Assembly: GCF_004010195.1 (NCBI RefSeq)
Contig: NC_057751.1
Coordinates: forward strand, 5,259,069-5,322,112
Direction: 5' to 3'
DNA length: 63,044 nt
Source of the DNA: Chiloscyllium plagiosum
Taxonomy: Eukaryota
This document shows, one piece after another, positions 11,021 to 23,730 of the stretch; within the stretch, counting starts at the first letter, position 1; the number at the start of each line of letters is the position of its first letter. The position numbers were made by a program, and so were the translations under genes. Below the pieces are notes generated by a model. The model was not told where the DNA came from. It made no database searches and saw only the letters and a program-made list of their open reading frames with translations.

Positions 11021-13239
11021 TGTCCAGCTGAACTGAGTGAGCCATTCCTTCATTTGAAATATTTCTTTTTCCCACTCTGTCACACTTGAACACAATCAGT
11101 CTCTCCATATTCGATCCACTTATTATTACAGATGCTATCTCAGCCTGCAGCTTTACCTTCTACTGGATATCAAGTGGTCTCCTGGCTAATGGATTCCCAG
11201 ATTGGTCTATACACCTTCTCTCAGCCCATCTCATTGCTCCCCTGATTACCCAGCTCCCATTCCCCTTTGTCCCCATGCCATGAAACCCCTCTCTTTCTTC
11301 AGTGCTGGTCTGGAACTTGTCCCCCTTCTCTCTCTCTCTCTCTCCCCCCCCCCCACCATGATCCTCCTCACCCAGTGACTGCACTCACTTCTCGTCCATG
11401 CCTCCCCCAGCTTCAGCCAGTTGCGTTGGAAAGTCATCAATGAGGATTTCTACCTATGCAGATAATGTCAGCCTCTGCACATCCATTCCACAAATTGTAA
11501 CTTCAAACTGGCAAGCTCCGCACACATAAGGGCACCAGCAATAAACAAACAAGTCTGTTTTCAAAGTGCCCAACCTTGCAGAGCGCTCCTTGATCAATGA
11601 ACATACTGAGATGTAGTCCCACTGTCTCTGTGTAGCTGGACACCTCTTCTTCCCAATCTCTTTGGCATCCAATCGAATGGGAAAATGGATATGACAGGCA
11701 GCAGGAGGGAAAAACAAGGGGTAGGCTTTCTGTAATCACAAAGTACCTCCTAACAGCTTGAGACATGAAGATGTAATGATATGTTTCAGCAGTAAAAATG
11801 TGATGAGATGATACGTACACTGAACTAGGATGCAGATTGTGTGAAACCGATTGGGTACAGAGATGTGTGAATCAATGTGTAAGCTTGGGATTGTAAATTA
11901 TCTAGAGCTGATTGGAGGCTTGTTGTCTATAAAAATAGGAAATAAAATCTTTGTTCTTGTAATACAACTTTGAGTTGTATACCATTTTTGGATGTATCCA
12001 TCTCCCATTCAATCACCAAGAAACCCGAGTCTGGTGTGGTCTAAGGGGAAGTAGGGGATTCAGTCTCCCATACCTTCCATGTTGTTGTAGTGTCCTTAAT
12101 CGGCTCTGCACAGAGATTGAACGCTGGAACCATGGGCCACTCACCCATGGGGGTAGTTTCCAGGTGAAAATCATGCTGGGAAAAGCCATATGGAAAACAG
12201 AAGGGTTAAACTCACCCTTTCACAATGAGATGACCAGGAGTATCATACAGACACATAGAAAAATCACTGAAGTTCAAAATCACACTCATCTGGGCTATTT
12301 CCATTGTTGCAACTTAAAAGAAAACCCTGAGGTTTCACAAGCTGCTTAGTTTACTGGCTTTCCAAATGGGCAGTTCATCATCTATACTTTTTTTTTAAAA
12401 AGAAAAGAGTTTTTGGGATTTTTTTTGACGAAATTACAAAGCTAATACAAAATAGTGTAACCACTTTACAATGTAATAGCAACAACATTTACTCTGTGTC
12501 TTGACATCTCCTCTATCTGAAACAAAAACCCTCTTCAAGGACAGCGTGGTCACAAAATGGTGGGTGTGGGTACAGTTGCCATCTAAGTCCATGAATAGGA
12601 AAGGGTAGGAAGGATATGGACCAAACACAGGCAGGTGGTCTGAGTTTAGTTTGGGAACTTGGTAAGCATGGACTACTCGGTTTCTGTACTGGATGACTCT
12701 ATGATCGGCTGAAAAGGAAGCCTCAAATCCCTTTCCAAAAATAAATATATCCAACCAGAAACTCCTTGAGGAGTCTTGCTTCGCTGAAGGGCTGCAGTAT
12801 AGATGTCGGAGAGCTGAAGCGGTTTCTGAGATAAAGTAGGGTCAGTGAGTGATACATTTACAATGCACCGCATCTGACACACACCGTTCTGTTTCACTCC
12901 CATTCACACTGAGAACCAGCCCAGGGGCAGGCTGATGGTGTAGGGAGCGTGCCCAGGACTGTCATCCCAATCTGAGATGGCAGGAAAGTTTTTCTCACTG
13001 TCACCTCGGACAATACCTAAGTTTGGGCTGACAAGTGGCAAATAATAATCCTGAACCCTGGAGTTTGCCAAGGCTGCATACTCAGTCTCTCCCCTTTCCA
13101 CTGCTGAGTCTGCTGCGATGAATTGTCCCCACGTTTCTCCTGAAGGAACTGGGAGTGGCTCTGTAACCAGCATTCACTGACCATTCAAAGTGGAAGGGAA
13201 GGTCTCTCACTCTTACCTCTCCAATATCTTCTCTCTTGC

Positions 13240-13720
13240 CACCCTGCAATGCTGTACTGGTCACCCTGCTATACCAAGGATATTATTAAATTGGACTGGA
13301 TGCAGGAAAGATTCACATGGATGTTACCAGGACTGCAGGGTTTGGGATGTAAGGAGAGACTGGCACTTTTTTCACTGGAGCATAAGGGGTTGAGGGGTAA
13401 CCTTATAGACGTCTATAAGATCAAGAGGCCGAATACCAGGGTAGGGGAGGTCAAAACTAGAGGGCATTATTTTAAGATGAGAGGAGAAAGATTTTAAAGG
13501 GATGAGGGATAACTTTTTCACACAGAAAGGTGGCTCATGTGTGGAATGAACTGCCAGAGCAGGTACAGTTCAAAAATTGGAAAGACATTTGGATGGGTAA
13601 ACGTAGAAGAAAGGTTGAGGGGGATATGGGCTGAATGCAGGTAAATGGGACTAGTTTAGTTTAGGAAACCTGTTTGGCATGGACAAGTTGGACCAAAAGG
13701 GTCTTTCTGTGACTCTTTTA
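13240..13720 (+). mobile_element. CR1 LINE 3' fragment
   Basis: WSPCYTKDIIKLDWMQERFTWMLPGL..LFSLEHKGLRGNLIDVYKI plus CR1 tail. Confidence 0.8.
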
Positions 13721-13724
13721 TTAC

Positions 13725-15450
13725 TGGAATGTTGTTAGGGCCCATAGCCTTTGCAGTATCCACTGCCTTCAGCTCTTTCTGAATTTTACATGGAGTTTTG
13801 TGAATTGGCCGAAGACTGGTATCTGTGATGCTGGGGACCACTGGGGGAGGTCGAGATGGATCATCCGTTTGGCACCTTTGGCTGAAGAATCCTGCAAAAG
13901 CTCAGCCTTACCTTCTCTGCTGATATGCTGCGCTCTCCCATCATTGAGGATGGGGATATTTCCTCCTCCAGGTGTGTTGTTTAATTTTCCACCATCAATC
14001 ATGACGGGATATGGCAGGACTGCAGAGTCTATGTCTGATCTGTTGGTTGTGGGATCGCTGAGCTGTGTGTGAAGATGCTGGCCCTTTAACAAGGATATGT
14101 TTCTCTAATTGTTTCCCAAGAGGGTTCGTAAAGGCAGAGGTGTCGATATGTCTGGACACGGCCAATCGAAAACAATGGAAGGGGAGTGGCCAGTCCTTCC
14201 ATTTCAGGAAGTTCTTTCCAGTTTGATTCAGTTTTAGCAAGGAGTCGGAAAACTGCTGGGGACTGAGAGAGAGAAAACTCTCTTTCCTGCCTGTGAGAAC
14301 CTGTGTTTGAATTTGCCGTTTTTCAAGGGGTGTATTTATGGGATGTTGCAGGGATTGGAACAACTCCTTAATTCAATTGCAGTACAGAGTCAGTTGGATT
14401 ATCAAATAAGTTGTTATTCTAAATTCTGTTTTCTTTTGTTCCTGTTTCATTGGTAGTGTATGAATGAATTCTGTTTTGTGTAAAGGTGGGTGGTTTGACC
14501 AGCTGCACCACACCTGGAATATCCACTTTATACCCACCAAAAAGAAATTATAAAGTTAGGGTCCGGCCTACCTCTTTAAAATGTTTTGAGGAGGGTTCTG
14601 GCCTGGTTACATAACATTTGTCTCTCATTTGCTGTTTATGCGATTTGGCACAAAAATAGTCCTATTTGGTTGTTTCACCAGGTTGTGACCTCATCTTCAG
14701 TTATGCCTGGTCCTGCTCTTCACAGGTCCTCCTGTACTCTTCACTGAGCCAGGGTTTATCCTCTGGCTTGATGGGGGTCATGGTTGAGTGGGGGATATGC
14801 CAGGCCATGAGGTTGCAGATTGAACGGCTATGGATGGCCCACAGTACCTCATGAATGCCCAAGTCTTCAGTTGCAAATCTGTTTGAAGTCTATCCCATTT
14901 CGCACTGTGATTGTGCCACACAACACGATGGACGGGATTCTCATTGTGAAGATGGGACTTTGTCTCCATAAGGAATGTGTGGTGGCCATTGTTATCGATA
15001 CCGTCATGCAGCCGGCAGATTGGTAAGGATGAGTTTGGGTATGTTTTCCCCTCTTGTTGTTTCCCTCGCCAGCTGCTGTAGACCCAGTCTAGCAGCTCAG
15101 TCAGTATTACTGCTGCTGAGCCACTCTCGGTGATGGATGTGGAAATCCATCATTCTGTATCTGTGCCATCCTTACTGCTTCCTCCAAGTGTTGTTCATTA
15201 GCTGAGGGAGGGACTGGGACAGGACATATCCAGGGATGGTGATGGTGGGGTCTGGGACATGGTCTGTAAGGTATGGCCAAGTCAGGTCTGTAAGACAGCT
15301 CTCCCAACTTTAGCACAAGACCCCAGATGTTGGTGAGGGGGACCGTGCAGGGTCAACAGGGATGTTTCTGCCATTGTCTTTCCTGGTGCCTTGGTCGTTG
15401 CTGGATGGTCTGGTGGCTTTCTTTCTTTGTTGGGACTTGGTAGCGATTAG
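13725..15450 (-). mobile_element. Decayed CR1/L2-like LINE ORF2 fragment, interrupted by an LTR-like element at 14068-14616
   Basis: Minus-strand remnants LKAVDTAKAMGPNNIP and NIPILNDGRAQHISREGKAE; the sequence is continuous across the insertion. Confidence 0.6.
14068..14616 (+). mobile_element. Solo-LTR-like element (TGT...ACA)
   Basis: Starts tgtgaagatgctggccctttaa and ends ggcctggttacataaca; flanks tgtg/tttg (degenerate 4-bp TSD); strongly similar to 58435-58874. Confidence 0.7.
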
Positions 15451-15625
15451 TTCAACTGAATGGTTCAGAGGGCAGGTGATAGTAACCCACATTGCTATGG
15501 GTCTGGAGTCACATGTAGGCCAGAATGGGTAAGGGCAGATGATTTCCTTCCCGAAAGGACATCAGTGAAGGTCTAGGATGAACACAAGGAGGATCCTGAA
15601 TGTACCTTTGTGTGTTCAGTATTAC

Positions 15626-15724
15626 AGCTGAAAATGTGTTGCTGGAACAGTGCAGCAGGTCAGGCAGCATCCTGGGAACAGGAGAATCGACGTTTCGGGC
15701 ATAAGCCCTTCTTCCGGATTCTCC
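15626..15724 (-). mobile_element. Penelope-like terminal repeat fragment (family A)
   Basis: Homologous to 56110-56234, 43443-43562 and 34414-34541; hammerhead-like motif with core CGGAAGA. Confidence 0.65.
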
Positions 15725-16485
15725 GCTCACAAATCCGAAGCCCCTGTTCAGTATTACATCCAAGAATTACTTGGAGTTCAGTCCATGGAATGCACCGTGA
15801 TGCTGAACACATGCATCATTTCCCAATGATCCAGGATGGACTGGTTTGTAATGCCTGACTGGTAACTCCCTGCCCATCCTCCAGAGGATTTACCAATGAC
15901 ACTGAGGCATTGCCAGGTGTAGAGATAGAGCACTCAGGGTTGTTTGGTGGTGAGGGATTTCTAACCACCTTAGGTTGCAGTTCACGAAAGGTCTCAGTAA
16001 CAAGAATGAGTTCTTGATAGACCGATTTGGACATAGTCCTTCTCACATACAAAGGTTAGTGTCACCTCACTGTGGTCTATTGTTGCTGAAGATGGATTCA
16101 GGTTAAAAAGCAGACTCCCCCCCCCCATGTGGAGTGAGTGTGTGTGACAGCCCCACAGGAAGATCCACAGATTGCTGATGGGGTGTCCCAGGTGTTGCAA
16201 CATCACTGGCCATATGACGTGACGCAAGTTCTCCCTCTGACCAATGGAGAGGCAGGACAAGTGACTCAGACATCAGCTGAAGGAAAATCTCAATGCTGTG
16301 CTGCTCCACCAAACTTTCCTCAGGACCATCCCCCTGTCAGAATGAGATGGAAAACCCAACATCCTCCAACGCTGAGTAACACAGGCACATCATAGAACTG
16401 GTACTGTGCTCAAGGAGCCTTTTCAGCCTATCATTCTGACGCCTGGTGGAAATCTGTACCCCATTTCCCTGCACACCATTTCTAT

Positions 16486-17110
16486 CGGGACAATAGGATG
16501 GCTTTAAGAGCTAAATTTTGTCCTTTTTTCAATGTGAAGAAAGGTTAAGACAGCGGTGATGAGCAGTCGACCCCAAAGCCAATTATGCAAACAGCTTGTG
16601 AGACTTTGGGGTTTTATTTTGATAAAGTTGGTACAATAGAAGCAGCTGGAACAGGTGGGATCAAGCTCCCACAGAACCAGGATTTCTGCAGTTGCTGGTG
16701 TCTTGAAGCCGGATGTGGAAGTTTTTAATCCTCTCACTGTTACAGCTAAAAGCTGGGGTTCCCCTTCCTGCTGCGAGAATTGCATGTGAGACACAGTCTG
16801 TTTTACTGAATTTGTCTTGGCCAAGAGTGTGTTTCTGGGATGCTACCATATTGGAACAGTTAATTTGGAATAGTGAATATGTTATTTTGTTAAGCATTTT
16901 AATAGAGTTCCAGTTAAGTATTCTTTTCTTCTATTTTTAATTTGGTCTATATTTTCACTGTGGATTAAAACATAAAGTGTTTTCAGCTTAAAGTCAGGTA
17001 GTTTGATGAATTGATTTATACCTGGAAAGCAAACCTTTAAAATAAGCAAAGGCCAGGGTCTTAGCTATTTTCTTCATCTATTTTGAGGGGGTTTGGTCTG
17101 GTCTGTAACA
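16486..17110 (+). mobile_element. Solo-LTR-like element with perfect 4-bp TSD (CTAT)
   Basis: ctat at 16482-16485 and 17111-17114; ends ggtctggtctgtaaca; the flanks join into a continuous reverse CR1-like tail. Confidence 0.75.
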
Positions 17111-18659
17111 CTATCCAAAATATCATCCAATGCCCCTCATGAATGCCTCGATTGCAGCTGCACTGAGCACATTTCCAGGTAGTGTGTTCCAGATCTGAAC
17201 TACTCACTGAGTGAAGATATTTTTTCTCTCACACCAGTCCTGCACATCACTTTGATAGTGGGGCAACTGAAAGAGTGTTTCCCTGAAGGCATACTAATCC
17301 TGGAGTGTGCAGAACTAACGATGCATACACAGCACGTTGACATTGGCAGCACTGGGCTACCCATTTTGACCAGAGACTGTTGGAGACAAACATTGCACCT
17401 TCCCATTCTGGACCATGGTGACCTTCAGCAGCTGGTGATATGGCCCCTGCCATCCTGCTTCTAACCCAAACAGACAGATGTGCCCATACCACACCCTCCT
17501 CACCCAAACCCTGGCTATGTTCTGGATCCCCTGGCTCAGGGAGTGCCATCAGTCAGTAAGTCAGGAATTAGCTCCAGATTGAAAACCTAACCCCAAATGC
17601 TGGATTGGGACTTTCCCAAACCATCCATGAACACAGAGAAATCACATTAAAGACTTTGAGGGGGAATGGGGGGCTGGGGGGGAAGGAGGGGAAGACAACA
17701 AGTCCATGCCAGATGAAGTCCTCTGGGTTCAGTATGTCATTTGAGATTGTTCATATTGGTGGTGGGGCAGGCGGGTGTGGGGAGGGTGGTTTAAGGTGTA
17801 GCCATGAGGGCCTCCAGGCACCAGATCCTATCAGAGGGGTCACGCACCTTATTGGGGAACGGGTGAGAATGTTTGTGGGAATGAAGTGGTCGTGGCTCCT
17901 CCCCCCAAAACCCTGGTCACTGTGGGTGAGCAGTGAATGTGGAGTTAATGCCAGGGAGCCAAGCATTCAGGCCTGCAGCTCACCGGATGACTTGATGGTG
18001 TGTGGTTGGGCCCCTAGCTGGGAGAGGGAGAGGAGAGGAGAGGGGGAAGGGAGGGAGGATTGAGGATGTCGAAGGGAGGCAGTGTGTGTGAGGCAGGGAC
18101 AGGAGTCCTGAAGTGAGGTGAAGCCTCTGGAGGGTGGACAGAGAGAGAGAGAGAGAGAGAAAGGGAAATAGGCAGGATTGGTATCTCCTGTTGAAAGCCC
18201 TGGCCCTTTTCTCAGCCACTTGGTGGCGATGGGAAGGAGGAGCGGAGGAATTAAACTTTGTTGAAGTTTGCTGGGAATCAGTGCGGTTTCTCTCTGGCTC
18301 CAGTCGGAGTGACTAAGGCATCAGGAGATTTCATTTCTCTCTGTGTTGTGTGGTACCTCCCTCCCCCCCTCCTCCCCCCTGTCCCCTCCACCCCCTTCCT
18401 TTGTCTGTGTCTGTCTGTGTGTGTGGTGGGGGGCTTTGTACAGGGACAGGAGCTGGCTTTGGATTGGAATTCGGGAAAAAGGAACCTGGAAAGACTCGGT
18501 GCTGGGATCACTCAGGAGATAGTGGAGGAGAGAGAGAGAGAGACAGAGAGGAGGGGGGTTGCTGCTGGCAGGTTTGGGGGTTTGCTGACTGTGTGTGAGT
18601 GGGGCTATCTCTCTCTCTCCCTGTGTGTACCCCAGTACCTCCCTCCTTCCTTCCCCCAC

Positions 18660-18880
18660 CCCTACCCCCGGGCTGTGAGCGGCGATGGGACATCACCAAC
18701 AGCGGGCGATGCTCCTGCGGTACCTGGCCGCCCTGACCTTCCTCTCTCTGGGAGCCCGGAGCAGTGAGCCGGCCGGGGACAGCCCTGCGTGCTACGGCGG
18801 CTTCGACCTCTACTTCGTCTTGGACAAGTGAGTAGCAGAGCCCCCCCGGGGCTGGGAGTTGGTGGGGGGGGTGCTACAGG
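18660..18880. promoter_or_regulatory. GC/CpG-rich first-exon region; the promoter/5'UTR probably lies just upstream among GA/CT microsatellites
   Basis: Local CpG enrichment compared with the CpG-depleted background; strong Kozak context ggcgATGG. The TSS cannot be placed from sequence. Confidence 0.45.
18685..18827 (+). CDS. ANTXR1: ANTXR1-like coding exon 1 (signal peptide and start of VWA domain)
   Basis: MGHHQQRAMLLRYLAALTFLSLGARSSEPAGDSPACYGGFDLYFVLD(K), matching ANTXR1 PACYGGFDLYFILDK; donor AA|gtgagt, phase 2. Confidence 0.93.
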
Positions 18881-18954
18881 GACCGACCCTCTGGGACACT
18901 GTCTGAACATAGCAGCAACTTGTGCACGGTTGGAATAGCAGATTGACATTAGCT

Positions 18955-19285
18955 TTCTAACTCTCTCTCTCTCTCACACATTGTCTCTCACTCTCTCTAT
19001 CTCTTGCCCTCTGTCTGTCTCTCTCATTCTCTCGCTCTCTGTCTCTGTCTCTCATTCCCTCTCTATGTCAGTCTATGTCTCTGTGTTTCTCTCTCTCTCT
19101 CTCTCTCTCGCTGTCTCTCATTTGGTCTCTGTCTCTGTCTGTGTGTGTCTCTCTCTCTCTTTTCAGTGATCTTGGTTGAGGGACTTTGAGCCAATTCACT
19201 TTGGCAGGCATTAACTCCATGCCCAAAAGACTCCAGATGTGGATACTCTCTCCTCTCTCTCTTTTTCTTTCTCTCTCTCTCTTTG
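18955..19285. repeat. Degenerate (CT)n/(CTGT)n microsatellite tracts at the start of intron 1
   Basis: Seen directly. Confidence 0.85.
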
Positions 19286-22087
19286 TATTCAGCTAACAAA
19301 AACAAAATACTCTCAGCCTAACCCTCTGCTTGTTACATGAGTCCTCTCCTCCTCCTGTTCCACGGCCCCCTTCCTATCCATGCGAACAGATGAAAGAGAC
19401 CCCCCCAAACCATCGGTCTCCAGGCAGCTAAAGCTCAAACTAAAATCCAACTGAGTGAGAGCAAGAGACAGCAGCCCTACTCTGTCCCCATTTCCCACTT
19501 CCCCAGCCCATATCAGATACCCACTGACAGATTTATAGTGGGGGATGTGGGGTGATCAACACAACTTTCGGTCACCTCAAACCTTTCAGTGGAAAATGGC
19601 CAGTTTCCCCAGGATCGTCTCTCCATTAGGTGTGGATTGTTGATCGGAATTTAGAATTTTGCATCCTTAACTATTTTTTTAACCCTGTGTAGAGTGAGCT
19701 TTTCTCTCAGTCTGTGTGTTTGAAGACCATGTGTTATCTCTGAGGCAACATCCATCTCGTAATTCATATGTTTTTTAAAAAAAACATCGCTTCTTCAAGT
19801 TCTCTCCTTTGGACATCTGTTCACCACATTAGATCAGTTCTGTTGTGCTCTGTGTCTGAAACAAAAGTGTTGTCAGTTCATGTTTTCAGCTGTTGAAAAC
19901 TGTCCAAAAGTTATGATCTTTCACCTCCTTGTCCTAGTTTTAACTCTAACCGTGCTCCCCAGAGAAACAAAGTCTTGGAAGAGCCAAAAAAGAACAAAAC
20001 TTGGGATTAAAAAGCACTCCAGATTGGGAGCCAGTCCGAACTGCATTGTTGGTGAGGACAGGGAGTTTAATTCTGGTTTAACATCCCCAGCTGGAGCAAG
20101 AGGGAAAGGGACCATGTTTCCACTGAGAGACACAGAGTGAGGGCAATAACAAGAGGACTGGTTGTTGGATTTAACCTAAGGGTCACCCAAGCTGAAGATA
20201 ACTTAACCCAAAGTGGGAATTGAACTCACACCATTAACACCAAACCTGTGTAATAAATCAGCCATCCAACCAGCTGAGCTAAACAACTTGACACCAATCA
20301 ACTCAGAGCGGAATGTTTGATCTGGCATCTCATACCCTTGAATCTCTCTGGTTTTAACCCTGCGTTGACCCACAGTGTGAACTCAAGAATGATTATAGAT
20401 TCAAAGGCACGGCAGGAGGCCTTTCGGGCCCACAATGTCCATGCTGGTTTGCTGAAAGAGCTGTCCAGTTATACAATCCCTACAGTGTGGAAGCAGGCCA
20501 TTCGGCCCATTAAGTCTACACTGATCCTCCCTGTACCTATGGTGCAACGGTAGTGCCCCTGCCTGGATGCTGGGTGGCCCTAGCACCTGCTACACAGGTG
20601 TACTATGACATATCGGACCAGGTTGATCAGAAAGGACATGGAGGGAAGAGGGCCCCTTTCCCTTTAAAAAATGCCTCCTCAGCTCAAACAGCTATTTCAC
20701 TGTTTGCCAAGTGAGAGGAGGCTGCTGGCTGCAATAGGCACCAGTTGGGATTTCTGAAAAGAGAGAGAGAGAGAGAGACAGCAAGTTTGAAATGTTGGTG
20801 GCTCTCAAAGTTACACTTAACAAGGGAACTGGTCCTCATGTCCCCATCTCTAGCTATGCCTGTGTCTTCAGTGGTTCTCATGGGACAGGTCAAACCCACC
20901 CTGAGAGACCACAAAACCTACTCTCAATGCCACTTACTTCAGTGCACTCCCTGATCCCTTCTCACTCCCCACACCTTTGTGTCTCATCAGGAATTCTGGG
21001 CTCCACCACGCTCAGCTACAAAACCTTTCCCAGATTTTGGCATTGCGGTGCTACCCTGTCCTCAGTGCTTGGGCAAGGTGGGGTGGACAGCACAATGGTG
21101 ACATTGCTGGCAAGTTCCTGATTTCACCACATGCCACTGGTACCATAACACAACGCAGTCTGTGTAACACACTGGGCACCACCAGTCAAAGTGCAGAATT
21201 TCCTTTGAACGGAATGAGCTTGTACACAAATGAATACAGTGAAAAGAGTTGTGCATTCACCACTTCTGGCACTTCCTTAGATACAAAGGGACCTCGGTAC
21301 CAATTCTTAAGAACAAATTCTTTGGGAAGAAACATAAAAGCTAAAGAAGTATGAAGTCCAGCTTTGCAGATGAGTTGAGGAATAGGTTGGAATTCTTGTC
21401 CTGTGGGGTTGAATTTGGGTCTGTGTTACAAACTGTGATAATAAGAGTGTCTGAATCCAATCAGTTGCACTGACTTTGCTCTCCTCTTGTTTGGATACTT
21501 TGTGGTCTCATTTTATTGGCTTGGTAAATTGGTTTTATTGGCATGGGTTTATACATGACAGATGTTCACTGGTCTGCGATGGTCTCTGCTTGCAACAGTG
21601 CACAGTCTAACTGAGGTCAAGGAAGAGGTTGTACCAAAACTGATCTTACATCCCTCAAACCTTCCTTTTCAAACCCAGCCATGACCCTGGCCAATCCTAC
21701 CCCACTTTGTGATCTCTTCATGACAAATGTTACCACATCATTGATCGCTTCCTCCGACATGGCTTTCACATTCACCAACCCTGTTCTGTCCTTTACAATA
21801 TGCTATCCTGAAACTGTCCAGCTCATCAACTCTTATCTGTGCTTTTAAAAACATGGTCAGAATCTCTTGCCCACACCTTCTTCTCCTTTACTTTACAATG
21901 GTGCCTTTCATCCCAGTTACAAATGCTTAATGACCAAGTAACACTCACTGAAACACAAAATACTATCAATTTGTTTGTACAATTTCTTCGGTGGACAGGA
22001 AATAAAATTGGCATTAATTCAAAGTGCTGAGAGATTTCTAGGTGTTGGCTGAGTGCTCAGACAGATTCAGAAAACATCCAAAGAGAA

Positions 22088-22645
22088 ACCCACATTGGTT
22101 AGGCCACTGTTGGAATATTGTGTGCAATTCTGGTCTCCTTCCTATCGGAAAGATGTTGTGAAACTTGAAAGTGTTCAGAAAAGATTTACAAGGATGTTGC
22201 TAGGGTTGGAGGATTTGAGCTACAGGGAGAGGCTGAACAGGCTGGGGCTGTTTTCCCTGGAGCGTCGGAGGCTGAAGGGTGACCTTATAGAGGTTTACAA
22301 AATTATGAGGGGCATGGATAGAATAAATAGAGGAGGTCTTTTCCCTGGGGTGGGGGAGTCCAGAACTAGGGTGAGGGGCGAAAGATATAAAAGAGACCTA
22401 AGGGGCAACTTTTTCACTCAGAGGGTGGTATGTGTATGGAATGAGCTGCCAGAGGAAGTGGTGGACACTAGTACAATTGCAACATTTAAAAGGCATTTGG
22501 ATGGGTATATGAATAGGAAGGGTTTGGAGGGATATGGGCCAGGTGCTGGCAGGTGGGACTAGATTGGGTTGGGATATCTGGTTGGCATGGATGGATTGGA
22601 CCGAAGGGTCTGCTTCCATGCTGTACATCTCTATGACTCTATGAC
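22088..22645 (+). mobile_element. CR1 (HER1-like) LINE 3' end, young
   Basis: Largely open ORF2 C-terminus TLVRPLLEYCVQFWSPSYRKDVVKLESVQKRFTRML...FKRHLDGYM and (ctctatga)n tail. Confidence 0.92.
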
Positions 22646-23349
22646 ACCAGGTTAGAGACCAGAGGCAGCAAGCGATTAGGAAAGGGGATTGGAGCCCAGG
22701 ATTTAGGCACACGTGCTCCACCTGTGTGCGGGGGTCCTTGTCGGAGAGAAGCTGAAACAAGATGAACTGTTCTCACCTTATCTCAGCAAGGAGGCAGTGA
22801 CTTTGGAGACAGTGTCACAAAAGGTGCGCCAGATTCATTCCCGGAGCCAGACAATTCACCCACTACACAGGATGTGGGGGGGGGTGGGGGTGGGGGGGTG
22901 TTGTACAGAGTAGGGCGAGACTGTCCACAGCTTTGGAAGTAGGAATTTGTTTCAGTGAAAACTGAGGATGCTGGACAGGATAGAATGCAAGCGATTTGTT
23001 TCCCCTGATTGGCCAGCCTGGAACAAGGGGTGCCTTGTCTCAGTTTCAGGGGTTCGTCATTTAACACTGAGATGAGGAGACCTCTCTTTACTCTTCCAAT
23101 CTCTCCCCAACGAAACTGTGACAGCTCTGTCATTGTGTATACCCAGGACTGAAGTGGACTCATCTTTGAATGTTCCAGAAATGAAAGGATATTTGAGTGG
23201 GGGCATCGATGGGACACACACAGTTGAGATCAAAGGTCAGCCAAGACCTTGAAGAGATGGAGAAAACGCAGGAGCTCATGAGGTTGACAACTGTCCCTCT
23301 GACATGCATTGCTTCACAACTTGGGGGGCTCCTTCTCAGTTCGGAGACA

Positions 23350-23730
23350 GAGTCAGACAACATGGAAACAGACCCTTCAGCCCAACTAGTCCGTGCTGAC
23401 CATCATCCCAAACTAAACTGGTCCCACCAGCCTGCTCCTGGCCCATATCCCTCTGATGCTTTCCTATTCATCGACTTATCCAAATATCTTTTTGACAATT
23501 GTACCCACATCCACCACCTCCTCAGGAAATTCATTCCACGCATAAACCACGCTGTGTATAAAACATTTGCCATCATGCCTTTTTAATCTCGCTCCTCTCA
23601 CCGTAAACATGTGCCCCCAATCTTGAAATTCCCCTTCCTAGGGGAAAGATAACTGCCATTAACTATCTACATCCCTCATTATTTTATAAACCCTCTCAAC
23701 CGATGTTCTAATAAAAAGTGTCCCAGGCTT
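23350..23730 (-). mobile_element. CR1 LINE 3' tail
   Basis: Reverse-complement homology to the 22088-22645 tail. Confidence 0.75.

Noticed and set aside
15830..17560. Possible Harbinger/Myb-like transposon remnants flanking the LTR
   Set aside because: No readable conserved motif or TIR; resemblance too weak to call.
18258..18767. 169-aa ORF overlapping exon 1
   Set aside because: Different frame from the ANTXR1-like peptide, low-complexity and without an ATG start.
22053..22562. 169-aa ORF (and the 208-aa ORF at 30516-31142) as host genes
   Set aside because: Both are CR1 ORF2 C-terminal fragments that recur in the window.
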